A program made the position numbers and the translations under genes. Below are positions 25,201-37,539 of a stretch of DNA of 50,157 nucleotides, one piece after another (the stretch's first letter is position 1; every line of letters begins with the position of its first letter). The notes beneath the pieces are model-generated. The model saw nothing but the letters and a program-made list of their open reading frames with translations. It was not told the origin of the DNA and did not search any database. This DNA comes from Bigelowiella natans CCMP2755 (taxonomy: Eukaryota > Protista > Cercozoa): assembly GCA_000320545.1 (NCBI GenBank), contig ADNK01000865.1, forward strand, positions 1-50,157, written 5' to 3'.

Positions 25201-27152
25201 GAAAGCACTGAATGGTGTGAATGGTGGATGATGTACGGAATTAACTTCCCCATTGGACGATGCACAGCATGATGATGATCATCATTATTATCATCATAAT
25301 CATCATAATCATCATCTAAGTTTGCAGTAGTTAATTGAGTCTCTTGCAACAATAAGTGCAAGTCGCCTCGACTACTCTTATCTAAGCACACGATATGACA
25401 CGTGTCATATACATGATCGTAAAATATGTGAAGTAATCAATTAGAATATTGACTTTTTCATCTAGTAATGTAGACACATAGTGTATGACTTGACTGCACA
25501 GGTCTGTGTAGTAAATACTATTATTCACGCTAGCTGGCAATGTATAATTAATTAGTACAATGTGTCAAATGTGAGCAAAACATATAACGCACGACCCCAA
25601 TTTTCTTAGTGCAGCCCCATATAGGCTCGTACAGAGCTAGTTCGGATTATGTAGTGAGCGTCTGGGCATGCAAGCACTCTGATCGGCAAGTGCCGGCAGC
25701 GATGTGCAATAACGCGAGCCCTTCATACAATTACACAGCACAGCGCGCAGCCGCCCACAGCAGCACAACACCGAGTGAATGTGGCAACAAGTGCATGCTA
25801 GCTGACTAGCATGGCCAACTAGCTGAGCGAACATGCACGCATCTGCATCAATTTGGCGCACAATGTAGCAGATTGATCCTGGAATGGCCCAGACATCTAG
25901 ATGATTCCTCACGACATCGTTTTTGTTGTGCAGCATGACAAGGCGCTGAGGCCAAGCAGGGGCGGGCACGTCTGTCTAGCATAGACGTGATAAGCTACTT
26001 ATCTTCTAAATGATGACGAGGCACTTCATCTATCTGAAATTCGCATTCTTAAATTACACATAAAAAAATAGCAGTAATGGTGGAGATGTATACTAAAACT
26101 GATACTGCAATACTGCGTGCGCCCCCGTTACATTTGATAGGACGGAAGGCTATCATTGTTCTGGTACAAACGTCCTGGGTTGGGATCTAGCATACTTATT
26201 ACCATTTAGATGTTCTTTGACCCCCCTCTCAGTTGAGAATATCGATCAATAGTACACGTTGAATCTCTTCAGATCCTGTGTCATATCCTCTTGCTAAAAA
26301 TGTGCTCGTCATCATTATCGTCTCTCTTTGGGCTCAATATCTTTTTCATTTCCCTAGTCGTATGAAGTAACAACAGATAGACAAAATGGTTTCGTGAGAA
26401 TAGTGATGTGGTAGGAAAACGAAAATGATGCTGGGCCTTTTCAGTCTTATCAGCAGCATCTTTAAGTTTTAACAATATGAAACAGCGGCATGTAAAAAAG
26501 CCTCTTTCATCGTCGTATATGTTAACGTTTACTATTTCGCCTAAGAAGCACCACCTCTGGAAGAAATAAGGTCGCCTCTGTGTCGCAGCATCTGTACTTG
26601 CATTGACCGATGATAGCGTAAATATCTAAGGAGGAAAGAGATCGTGAAGAGTATCAAAAATCCTCCATACAAGTAATCATGTTTACAAAACCCCCAACCG
26701 CCCATATTTTTCTCAGCCTGAGCTTGCGAATAATCGAAATACACACGGATGCATTAAAACGACACGTAGCACACTTGCTGCCAAACTTCTTATTAATAAT
26801 AGTAATAATATAACAGTAAGACGGCCTATACACATCATAGTAGCAGTACTTGATACTCTACGTTTCCGAAAGATATTAGCCCCCCTGACGTGGAAAAGGA
26901 GCATAAAACGTCACCACCGAAAAGCAATAAATTCTTCTAGTTTGCTAATTCTTGGTGACTCTTTGCTCATACAGATTGAGTAGACATCAGAATAGCTCTC
27001 ACACATGCAAGCAGAGTGCAGGTTCGGTCAAGGGCTGACCACCACAATGCGATTCAGTCAAGGACTCACACAAACACCGCCACCACCACACCAGCCTGCA
27101 GGTGATATTGCTACTTTCTACCATTTATCATGTGTTGACATGTCTTTTACAA

Positions 27153-27366
27153 TTAGCAACTACTCGTGAATCGATCTGCGAGGCCTCTGACTCCATCAGG
27201 AATGCCCTCTTGCTTGGAGAATCCTGTAAATACAACGCCACCACCAGCAGTAGTATAAGCAATAGTAGTAGTCAATCGGAGCAGGCAGAGAGGTCACGTA
27301 GGCCAAACACAGAGAATAGTATCCGACCCCACATGAGATGGGTTGTTGAGCCAGTGCTAGTCGCTC

Positions 27367-27408
<42 letters not shown>

Positions 27409-28058
27409 GAAGAAGTACAGATGAATCAACGCGTTACCCAATCTGCCAGCCACTTTCTGTGATGCGATGTTCCTCTTCCTGCCAGAAGTTTGTGCTTATA
27501 TTAGCAAGCTTTCGTCGTGGTTGGTTGGTTGGTTGATTGTTGTTGTTGTTGCGAATCAGGTAGTGGTGTGGAACTTGTGTTCTTCATACCTCGTCGTTAT
27601 GTCTAAGTGATCAAGCCCTAACATCAAATCACGATAACGTGAGCGTTTGGAACTCGTTAGTAGCAAGAACGAATGTAACTAGGAAACATGGAGATGGAAA
27701 GGATACAGCAGCAGCAGCAGGAGGAGGAGGAGGTTTGACAGTCGACGCCACCATTGAATCTCGTTACATTACACTAATGAAGGATAGGAACGGTAGGAGA
27801 CCTGACCTAATGTTTGGAAAGCAATGTCTGCCAACTCCCCCACACATTGCGTCATTATGCCTGGAGAATTTGAAATGGGATAAAACGAGAGCAGAGCAGG
27901 TTACCTGGAAGGATCGGTCAGCAAGAGAGAATGGTTTGTTACCGTATCCTTGGAATAACGGGGAGAGCCAATATCCAATGTACCTAGGTGAAGAATATGC
28001 TATGATGGTGATTCAGCTGCTGAGTGCTTGCAGAGAACACACGCAAAGATATATACAA

Positions 28059-28117
<59 letters not shown>

Positions 28118-28490
28118 AAGAGAGATTGTACACACATGTGATTTGGTGGATGGTGAATATTGGTACCCTATCGACTTCTCTTTGTCTATGCATATAAGGC
28201 TGAGCATTGTTGAGTAGAACCAATGATTAGATCAATAACGACAAAACAGAAAGAGGGAGAACAATCCCCAGACCCCCCTCGCTCCCTGCTGCCTCCTAAA
28301 TCTCCCTTAAACACACACGCGCGCAGAGAGAGAGAGAGAGAGAGATAGAGAGAGAGAGTTGTGAACCCAAGCAATGGGTGATGATTCTTCTGTTCTCACC
28401 CTACTTCACCAGCAAGTGTCCCATTGGCTAATATAACAAAGGGTAGAGATAGTCCAGCCTAATTGTGAATATTGATTATAGCAGTATTTT

Positions 28491-28563
<73 letters not shown>

Positions 28564-29499
28564 GCCAAACAACACAAAATGAATACAGACTTGACAATGA
28601 ATAGACTTTCTGGTCGCACGTAACCAGGCCCAGTGCCATCCACATATCGCCTCCATTCCCTCCCATTCCCCCGTCTGCATGCCTGTCTATGTCTATTATT
28701 CCCGACTTTCATGTGCAGGATATTTCTATCAACGTCGGTCATCACAGAGCCTAAGCTGGTGACGGAATCCCCGAAACTAAGTGCGCGAAGTAGTAGAAGA
28801 AAAAAGAATATTCTTTCAGTTTTTGCGAGGGAAGTATCATTAGATAGCTCAATAAAACATAAAAATCTTATCATCAATATACGTATTCAACAACCAATCC
28901 ATGCAGTTTGGCATTAAATTTGGACAGTATTCTTTATTACGTTGGATCTGTCTGTTGTAGCTCCCTTCTGCTACGTAATATGGTCCTGAGGGTGGCTAAA
29001 GTAAGAAGCAGTGACGACGGTATCTCAAACTATTCACCTGTAGAGATCTATCGCATCATTTTCCTCAACGGGTCGTATTATAACTTCCGTGTTCCCTATC
29101 TTAGAAAGAGCAGTTCGTGTGGTTTGCTGCTATTTTTAGGAGACAACAAAGCAAACGATTACTATTACTTACTACCGTGAAAATCCTCCGTGTTCCGCTG
29201 ACATTTCGTACATCTCCCCCATCATCCTTCTGAAATTCAACTGCCGCCTTTGCATATGTTTGAGGATGCCGCGATTGTTGCCATATCGAGTTCCCCCAAT
29301 GACGAAGTCGAGCTCCGAAAAGCGACGTAGACGTTGAGCACTCCCTCGTTTTTATGGACTTCATTGCTCCCCTCCGGGCTCTTCTCATACGCTGGGAAGG
29401 TGTTCTCGGTATCGAACCTAGTCTAGTAGTTGTGGTGGAGGTGCTTGTGTGCAAGGATAGAAAAAGGGTGAGGAGGAGCGACGTCTGAGCTAGGGTCAT
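27153..29499 (-). CDS. RimJ/RimL-type GNAT N-acetyltransferase with bipartite (signal + transit-like) leader, probably plastid-targeted
   Basis: Exon 1 MTLAQTSLLLTLFLSLHTSTSTTTTRLGSIPRTPSQRMRRARRG... then IIRPVEENDAIDLYR|TILRSRRELQ...|...NILHMK|AGLSLPFVILANGTLAGEVG|LICIDKEKSIG|YIGYWLSPLFQGYG|IMTQCVGELADIAFQTLG|LDHLDITTR|KRNIASQKVAGRLG|FSKQEG. These are the canonical GNAT acetyl-CoA motifs IGYWL..xQGxG and NxASxxVAxRLGF. Confidence 0.85.
28499..28559. repeat. (TA)n microsatellite of ~60 bp, intronic
   Basis: Long perfect TA run in an intron of the GNAT gene. Confidence 0.95.
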
Positions 29500-30266
29500 G
29501 ATGTGTGGAGGGGCATGAAGGTTGTTGGTGGATTGTGTTTGTCTCTTCTTATTAGACTAATTATTATACTAATAATATCTGATACAAAGTAAGTTTACTT
29601 TTCCTTCTTCTCTCCACTGATGACAACAACAACTGAGTGGGTTGAAGTGGTACCAGTAGATCTAGTCACCTGAATTTATGCTAAATATTTTGTACTAAAA
29701 AAATTGAACCTGATCCATTGAATTGTTTGTTGCGACATGCACATACCGTTGTCGTAGGTACTGGTATCCAACCATTGGAACCCTGTAGAAATTTCCGTCA
29801 AGACACTAAGAACCTTTCGTCGGCTGACTCCAGGTCCCCCCCCCCCCGTGTCGGCAACAGAATCTATTTTCCAAAGGTAAATCCGAAAGACAGCGCAGAG
29901 AACCGAATGTTAAATGTTTTTTCAGAGAGAAAAGGAAGAGTGAAAAAGGGTGAGATGAGGTTTATTCAAGGGAAAGCTTGATGTCGAGCTGGTGCCAGCG
30001 GAGAATCTGGCGTAGCCAGGGTGGATAGTTTGAACTTGAAAGCAATTTATGGGCATGCATAATTTTACTTGAGTAAATTGATAATCGTTTTATGCCCCTT
30101 TTGGGTAGAAGGGACGATGAACCATACAACACGTGATGCCACGTCATCACCAGCTACTATCCCGCATGATTCCATGGATCAAATGAAAGATAAAAACAAT
30201 CTTTAATCGTATCATTGCCACTAATTGGTTAAAGGTAGATACTAAGCGCGCTTTTCGACCTTCGAC

Positions 30267-31322
30267 ATGGAAAATCTGACTTCATTCATTGCTCGGGCGG
30301 ACACTGGGATGCTTTTAGTGGAGACAATGACAACACATCCAAGTTCGAAGATGATTGAGTTTAATAATCCTTTACTATGATTGCTTACGACGCGTATTGA
30401 ATGGCTTCCGTCTTCCTTCTCGCCGATTAGGTTGGAGAAAGCAGGCAAAGCAGCTCCTCAGAAACTTTAGCGACAGCTACCCGGACACACCTTCGAGGAG
30501 ATCGTTTGAGAATGGAGACTTTCTGATCCAGTAAACCTAAATATTGTCTTGTTATACAATTAAAGTGGGGCTAACACTGCTCTGTCTAATAATTTAACAG
30601 CTATATCATTGAATCGCGGGTTGTTTTCATGACAATGTGTGACAAGTCATATCCAAAGGTACCTCTTCTCTCACAGCTAACGCTCCTCAATATTTGAACC
30701 TGAATCATTCATTATGTAGGGTTTAGCATTTCAATTCCTCGATGCAGTGCATCAGGCATTTATGCGCGAAAATGGGCGTAAAATACCCACATTCGATCGT
30801 CCATATGCTGCACAAGCAGCGTTTGACATGACGCTAGACAAAGTTAGAAGAGAGTACTTCGGTAAAATCTTCCGTTCTTTAAACCTCGTAAGCAGTATAA
30901 TAAGTGTTCTTTATACTTCTAGATCCTCATTCCCCCGAAAATGTAAAGAAGATGGAAGACGACATCAACGCGATCCACAACATTATGGTCTCGAATATTC
31001 AAGAAGTTCTGAAGCGTGGTGAAAAATTGGAAAGTACTGGACATCACTTCATACATTTTAGTAGTGACAATCGGTAATATTTGATTGGATGATATCATTT
31101 TGAAAACAGAAATGTCATCCTTATCGCAAGATCTCATGGACGAGTCAAAAAGATTTGAACGAAGTGCTAAGTACATGAACTTTCAGGTCTATTAGACACG
31201 CATATAAGAAGTATGGATATATGAGAATGATATTATATCAGATATGGCTCAAACAATTTGGTTTCTATGTCGGAGGAGGCTTGTTTTTCATTATGGTCTT
31301 ATACTGGAGATTTTTTACGTGA
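30267..31322 (+). CDS. SEC22: SEC22 longin R-SNARE
   Basis: MENLTSFIARADTGMLLVETM...|WRKQAKQLLRNF...|YIIESRVVFMTMCDKSYPK|GLAFQFLDAV...DRPYAA...|...IHNIMVSNIQEVLKRGEKLE (NIE-like segment, zero-layer R)|...|IWLKQFGFYVGGGLFFIMVLYWRFFT* (C-terminal TM anchor). Confidence 0.92.
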
Positions 31323-32513
31323 TTAGTCATGAGAAATGGTATTGTTCCTCATTGTCATTCGGTGTTCGTTCATTAGTAAAGCACAATAGCACACAAGTCA
31401 ATCGTTCAATAAGGCGAGGATTGATGATAATTCCGTGTTATACACGCAGTGTCATTGTAGTAGTGTATCGCTATTTAAGAAGCCATAATTTTACAAACTA
31501 AAGTGAAATAATAAGTCGTAGCTAGAATACTGCGCGTACTAACTTTGCTCCTGCACCGCCGATGCAACGTCATTGTTGCTACTGCATCTTCATCTAGTCA
31601 AGCATCTAGATAAATTTGCACATTGCTTCGTTATTCGATCTAGCACTGATGCAATATTGGCTATCTAGCTGTTATGGTGTGCCGCATACATCTGCAAGTC
31701 TGGGCATTCTGTGATGTGATCGATCGAGATCCAATAATTTGCGTAATGCTAAATTTAGAATAACACGCACTAAGTGATAATAATAGGCAGAAATGCATGT
31801 GGGTGGCGCACAAACATGTCTAGACGTCCCAGCTAAAAGATGTACGTCTGCTAGACGTTGTTATGTCATCATCTAATGCTTGTGTCCGTCTGGCCATTGT
31901 TATGCTAGTATGTACTGTGTACATACGACATAAGACTAAGTCCATGCGTTACTGTGTATTCACTTTTCAACATTGTAAATATATCTAGCGTGCTAGCTAG
32001 CTAGCGTGACATGCATGCTAGCATGTCCAGATGTGCGCAGTTCTGAACTAAGTTGTCTACTTAATAGTTATGCTAACGCTGAGTAGGCAGTAGTAGCGTT
32101 GATTCGATTGAATATATACGTGTGATAATGTCCAGATGTTGTAAAGCTACATTAGGATGACAATTGTAAATAATTAAATTCATTACATCCGTCATATTGT
32201 CCAGATGTGCGCACAATATACATATGTTGTGTATATTGTTGTAGTGCAGCGCATATAGGCCGCTAAGACAGCTGCTTCATTATCGCTGCCCTTTGAAATA
32301 AAGATAATATCGTTGATATTTATCGAAGAGCCATGGAGTTCAGAGTTACGTATGTTGGACCTATGATAGTGTGCCAGGAAATCTAGGAGTAGGAATCTCA
32401 TATTAAGAGTATCCTTAGAGAAAATCTTCATCTTCACTGTTTTCCTCGACACTATATCTGAAACAAAACACATATATGAAAATAACGAACTCATAGCTGC
32501 ATGAATAATCATG

Positions 32514-35500
32514 TCACCTGCTGACACGCTCACTAGTTGAATTGTTAAAGTAGGAGCTTTTTGAAGATTTTGTGCGACGTGAAACTGTCTGTTTAGAGCT
32601 GTCTCCTCGAAGATTGCCTTTAATCTCTGCATTCTTTCCGGCTTTATTGCATGCATCGACAACGATTTTGATAAAAGAACATATTCTTGTCGCTCTTCTG
32701 ATTCCGATTCCGTCTAAATCAGCTAGCTCATTCAGGGATCGTGGACAAGTCTGTGCTATTTTCATCAAATTGTCATTCGAACAGACTTGATACGTTTTCA
32801 TCTTTTTGTCACTCTCATCAAGAATTCTCTGTCTTTCACTCATCAAAGCCTCGAAAAGGCGCTCTGTCTGTTCTTTCGGTAGGACGAATTTTTTCTTTTT
32901 GCTCGATCTTGCATCTAAAATTTCCGCTACACCATCGTCATCTCCAAGGTTGACTCTACTTGGCTTATTCACAACAGATTTCCTTACAGACTTTCCACTT
33001 GCCCTAAAATTCATATATAGCTTCAATTTTCCTCGTCGCAAATTATTTGCATCAGTCCCAGGAATCAAAGAGGTGTGCTTCACTGTGAACATCGCGTTAG
33101 GATTTGATATCTCGACTTTCTCAGCAAGAACTTGCTTGCTACAAAGGTGGTGTATAATGCGTTTTACGTCAACAATCTTCTGCCCTTTCATAAAGCCGTA
33201 AAATCTTGATCTTGTATGGGCAGCTTTCATCTTCTTGCTCTTGCTGCCTCTAATTATATCGGCTACGACAGAAGGAGAGATATCCATTCCATTGCGTTTC
33301 ATCTCCTCGATCAAGTCAAGAATCTTTATCGCGTCGGAAGTTATGTCTCTCTGAATGGTCTTCGATGACATCGAACAGTTGTCGCATCCTCGATCACATC
33401 TCTTTGGATCAAATATTTCTCCGAAGTATCTTAGTGTTAGAGCTCGTCTACAATCCACATTATTCTCACAATAACTGACCATATCATACATCTTTTTCAG
33501 GTTTGCTTGAATAACCCTTCTATCTTTTTGGATGCCATCTTCCTCTTTCTTCAGCATGAATTCTATTCTAGATTTATCCTTATAGCTATAAAAGAGTATA
33601 CATTCAGCCGGCTTGCCATCACGTCCTGCTCTCCCTGACTCTTGATAGTAACATTCTAAAGATTTTGGCATTGCGAAATGAAAGACAAACCGAACGTCTG
33701 GCTTGTTAATACCCATTCCAAAAGCCAGAGTAGCGACGATAACTTGTACCTCATCATTCGCCCATTGTGTTTGGCGCCGTGTACGCTCATCGTTGTCAAG
33801 AGATCCATGATAAAATGTGCACCTGATACCTTCACGGCTAAGATCCTCCGACACTCTCTCGCACTCGTTCCGGGATAAACAGTATATTATACCACATTTG
33901 TTCCGATACTTTATTCGAATGGTCTCAGCTATATTTTTCACACAGTTCTTTCCTTTAGACTCTACACGATAGAACAAGTTTACCCTATTGAAGCTTTGGG
34001 AAAAACATATGCATTCTTTAAGCCCTAAACAACGAGTAATGTGGCTTCGCACTTTAGGTGTTGCTGTTGCAGTGAGAGCAAGCACTGGTACATTTGGAAA
34101 ATTCGTTTTGAGTAAGTTCAGACTAAGATAGTCTGGACGAAAGTCATGTCCCCATTGACTAACACAATGCGCCTCATCTATAACAAAGCGCTCAAGTAGC
34201 CCTTTCTCATTTAGTCTTTTTAAGAGATTGCCAAGTGACGTGCTTCTTGCTAACTTCTCAGGTGTGAGGTACACCATACGATAATTCCCATCCATGATAT
34301 GACGCCAGGTGTTGGGATCGTACGATGATCCAGATGTCAAGCTTGTGGCAGCAACCTCGATTGAAAGCATCGCAGAAACTTGGTCATGGATCAGTGACAA
34401 AAGAGGACTAAACACAAATGTGACTCCGTCACATAAAAGGGAGGGTAATTGATAGCACAAGCTTTTCCCTCCACCAGTTGGCATCAAGACAAAACAGTCT
34501 CGCCTTGACATTGTTGCATTCATTATTTCTCGTTGGTTTTGTCTGAACCCGGGGTTTCCAAATATCTTTTTGTTCATTTTGCGAAGAGCCTTTGACCAAC
34601 TGAAATCCGCTCTTCTCCATTGCTGCATAGCTTTCTCGTTAGACTTTGAGGGAGATATTGTATTCATGAAAGTTTGCTCCACTGACTGGTGTATAAGGGA
34701 GGTAGAAGCACCACTACAATTTGAGGTCGGATTTTCTGAAAACGACCCGTCCATGGAGGACGGATAGAACTGTTGGCTTTGAAAATTTTGTTGAATATGA
34801 CTTTCATCAGGAGGATTGAACTGCTTATGATGATTTAATGAAGAAGAAGTGTTATGAAAGTTATTTTCCTGACTTCTAACTTCAATTTCCTCAAGCATGG
34901 GAACAGGCTGTCGACGAGTTTCTACGTCTATGACTTGGATTCCCATGTCATCATGTTGCTTCAGATCACGGTCCTGACGTTGTGGTATTGGCCCAGACTT
35001 TTGCTTCTGCTGCTGTTTTTCTAAACGTTTCATCATGGCAACCCTCCTACTCTTGCAGAGATTTCGCTGCTGAAGGATGATTTTTCGCATTTCTGGATCT
35101 GTTTCATTAAGAACATCCTCCATAAGCTCTAATTCCCGATCTTTTATCTTATCTATCTTCCTCTTCAGTTCAGTGATCACCGTATCCAAATTACTGCTGG
35201 AGTGGTCGTTGTTTGCAGGTCCACCATTGGAATGATGATAATTAACGTTATTATAATTATCTTCATTAATGCTATCACTATTGTTACTGCTGTACGATAC
35301 GGAGCGATTGGCAACATCAGCTCTACCATGCGAAGACATGGTGGCAGCAGTATTACTTCTCCCCGTCAGAGAATTCGACGAGTATGCAGGCCCTTTTCCC
35401 TAAAACGGTAAATAGAATAGGTGTGTTTTATGAATGCGACGAGCTATTCTAGTTTACGGTACCGTAATCATAATCCTCTTCTCGTTCGTCGCCTTTTCAA

Positions 35501-36460
35501 TATCAAAGTTTTGCAACGCATTCTCCCAATGGGCATCGTCGACATCTTCTTTCGCATAATCTTGCCGCAACTTTATCGTGGCTGTGACGTTTTCAATGTC
35601 AACACCTTGCATTGCTTCTTCGAGATCAGACTCATCGTCCATAAAATCACCAGAATATTTCGAAATTGAACTGCTGCCAACTTTTTTCATTTCGCTTTTC
35701 TTCCTTGCTGAAGTTGTGGATATACCATCAATATTCTTCAGACTGTCAGAATTTTCATTCCTGTGATAGATGAAACAAAAAATGTGACTATCGCGACATT
35801 TCTCGTCAGCTCTTGTACCAACCATGTGGTCCAAAACATTACAAATATACCTATATTTTGTCGAGGGGTAGCTCTTGTAACTACTCGCAATGGAGGAAGA
35901 TTGCTCTACAAGCTTCCTTTTCGCAGGTTTGACATTAGTATCCCTTTTACTAAAATGCATAAGGTCGTGTATTGTGCAACGTAAGTCATCAGTGAGAATA
36001 TTTTTACATTATGCAGATGTGTTAGTTGACCAATGAACGATACATTATAAAGACTCCAGCAGATCAACACAGAAAGAAAATTAATGCTACACTCTAAGCG
36101 CGAAGTTACTTTAATTGGGTAATCCATGTTTTTGACTTGAGAACAGAGAGAGCCTATAAATCTTTTAATTAATTGTGAACTTGCTCGAGAATCAAACTTA
36201 CTACCTTTCTAATTTCAGCCTTCCCACATTTTCCACGGAACAGTTTCCTTTTCCATACATCTAGGTCAGTAAGTTACTTTAATTTCGAACAAGCAATTTG
36301 ACCTTCCATCCCGATGTTTCCTCGGATTAAGGGACTGTCTTTTCGGCGGAATTAAATAGCCACGGGCCCTGACAAGGTCTCCTTCAAATGATGCTTTCAA
36401 GATCTTCAACTGGTCATTGAGATTATCAGCTGGGGATCCCTTTTGACCAACATGTGCCAT
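32514..36460 (-). CDS. BLM: RecQ-family DNA helicase, BLM/Sgs1 type
   Basis: The large exon 35399-32514 has motifs [65 protein letters not shown], the RQC Zn site (CRR...CDRGCDNC), a winged helix and an HRDC-like C-terminus. Four upstream exons splice in frame back to [22 protein letters not shown], which resembles the BLM N-terminal PQNNLQEQL motif. Confidence 0.93.
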
Positions 36461-36612
36461 CTCCCGAATGACTCGTGGAAGGGGTTGTTATTCTTATTGT
36501 GCAATGGTCATGGGAGCTTGGCTTGTGTTTTGCGGGAAGGACTTCCGATCCACGTATTGCAAATGTCTTTCATTATTGGACGCCGACAATACATATATCC
36601 TGTCGTAAGGTA

Positions 36613-37400
36613 GAAATCATGTTGGTTCGCACTTGCAAAATTGATGTCGCCACCTTTCCAGCCTTCCTGCTCCGTCTGCCATCTTCGCACGTTGCAAGTG
36701 TCGTGCAACACTTTGGAAATGTCAGTTCATCATCAAAGTTTCATTCTTTCTTTCTTTTAGGTCCTTCACTCGCTGCGGAAGCTTGAGGAAAAGTTGAAGC
36801 AGTCGAGCCAGTCAGGACTCATCACAGAGCCAACACGTCAATTTTCAGTCCTCGTTGAAGTTTCAGCTCTGCACGCTGCGTTCCGTGCTTTGCAAGTGTC
36901 GTGCAACACTTTGCAAAGGCGATCGATCGTCGAGATGTCATGTGCATGTCCATCATGGTTCCTTTTCTTCCAAGTTTCCAGCTTTCTTCCTTTGCGTTTC
37001 GCACTTTGCAAGTGCGTCCACACGTCCTCTTGTGTGCAACACTTGACATGGAAGTGTGGTCGATCACCAAGTTTGCTTCGAGTTTTTCTTTGCATCTCCT
37101 AGCCCTGCTGGTGCGCCGACGCGGGGCTGCTGCTGGCAATGCGTGCACTCGCGGCACGATCAACACACAGATGCGGCTGTGCCGTTGCAACAGCTGGTGC
37201 AATGATGGGCATGCTGAAAAGCATGTGCGCAAATTCACCTGGAGCCGCAGCAGGTGGAAACATGGATCGCATCAAAAAAAGACCGAGCACAAGACTAGAA
37301 GAGAATGCAACGCGCTAAAGAAAGCGCTCTCATTTTGACCACGATTTTTCTTGACGATGATGACTGGGCTGTCAATTCAGCCTCACCATGAGAATTGGCT
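36613..37400. pseudogene. TpA-depleted decayed coding-like relic with a 22-bp direct repeat
   Basis: I count only about 4 TA dinucleotides in ~790 nt. TTGCAAGTGTCGTGCAACACTTTG occurs at ~36692 and ~36889. The minus-strand translation RPHFHVKCCTQEDVWTHLQSAKRKGRKLETWKKRNHDGHAHDISTIDRLCKVLHDTCKARN has no Tyr and excess His/Cys. Confidence 0.5.
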
Positions 37401-37539
37401 TAGCAATGCAAGCGATTCATTTTTACGATTCAGGCTCATTTTGCAATTCTCTAGGCTATCCTTGAAGTCTTACAGATTTGTTGGTGACTCTCTATGAGAC
37501 TACTAACAGATGCGTGTCTGACTCAGTAATAATAGTGAT

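Noticed and set aside
27102-28100. Plus-strand ORFs of 144 aa and 153 aa suggesting a nested gene
   Set aside because: The minus strand here carries the GNAT exons (IGYWL...QGYG, NIASQKVAGRLG); the plus ORFs run through microsatellites and have no motifs.
32192-32662. 156-aa minus ORF overlapping the BLM 3' end
   Set aside because: Alternative frame extending into the 3'UTR with no domain; BLM already ends coherently after the HRDC-like region.
36794-37338. Five overlapping ORFs on both strands as real genes
   Set aside because: Explained by loss of TAA/TAG stops in the TpA-depleted island.
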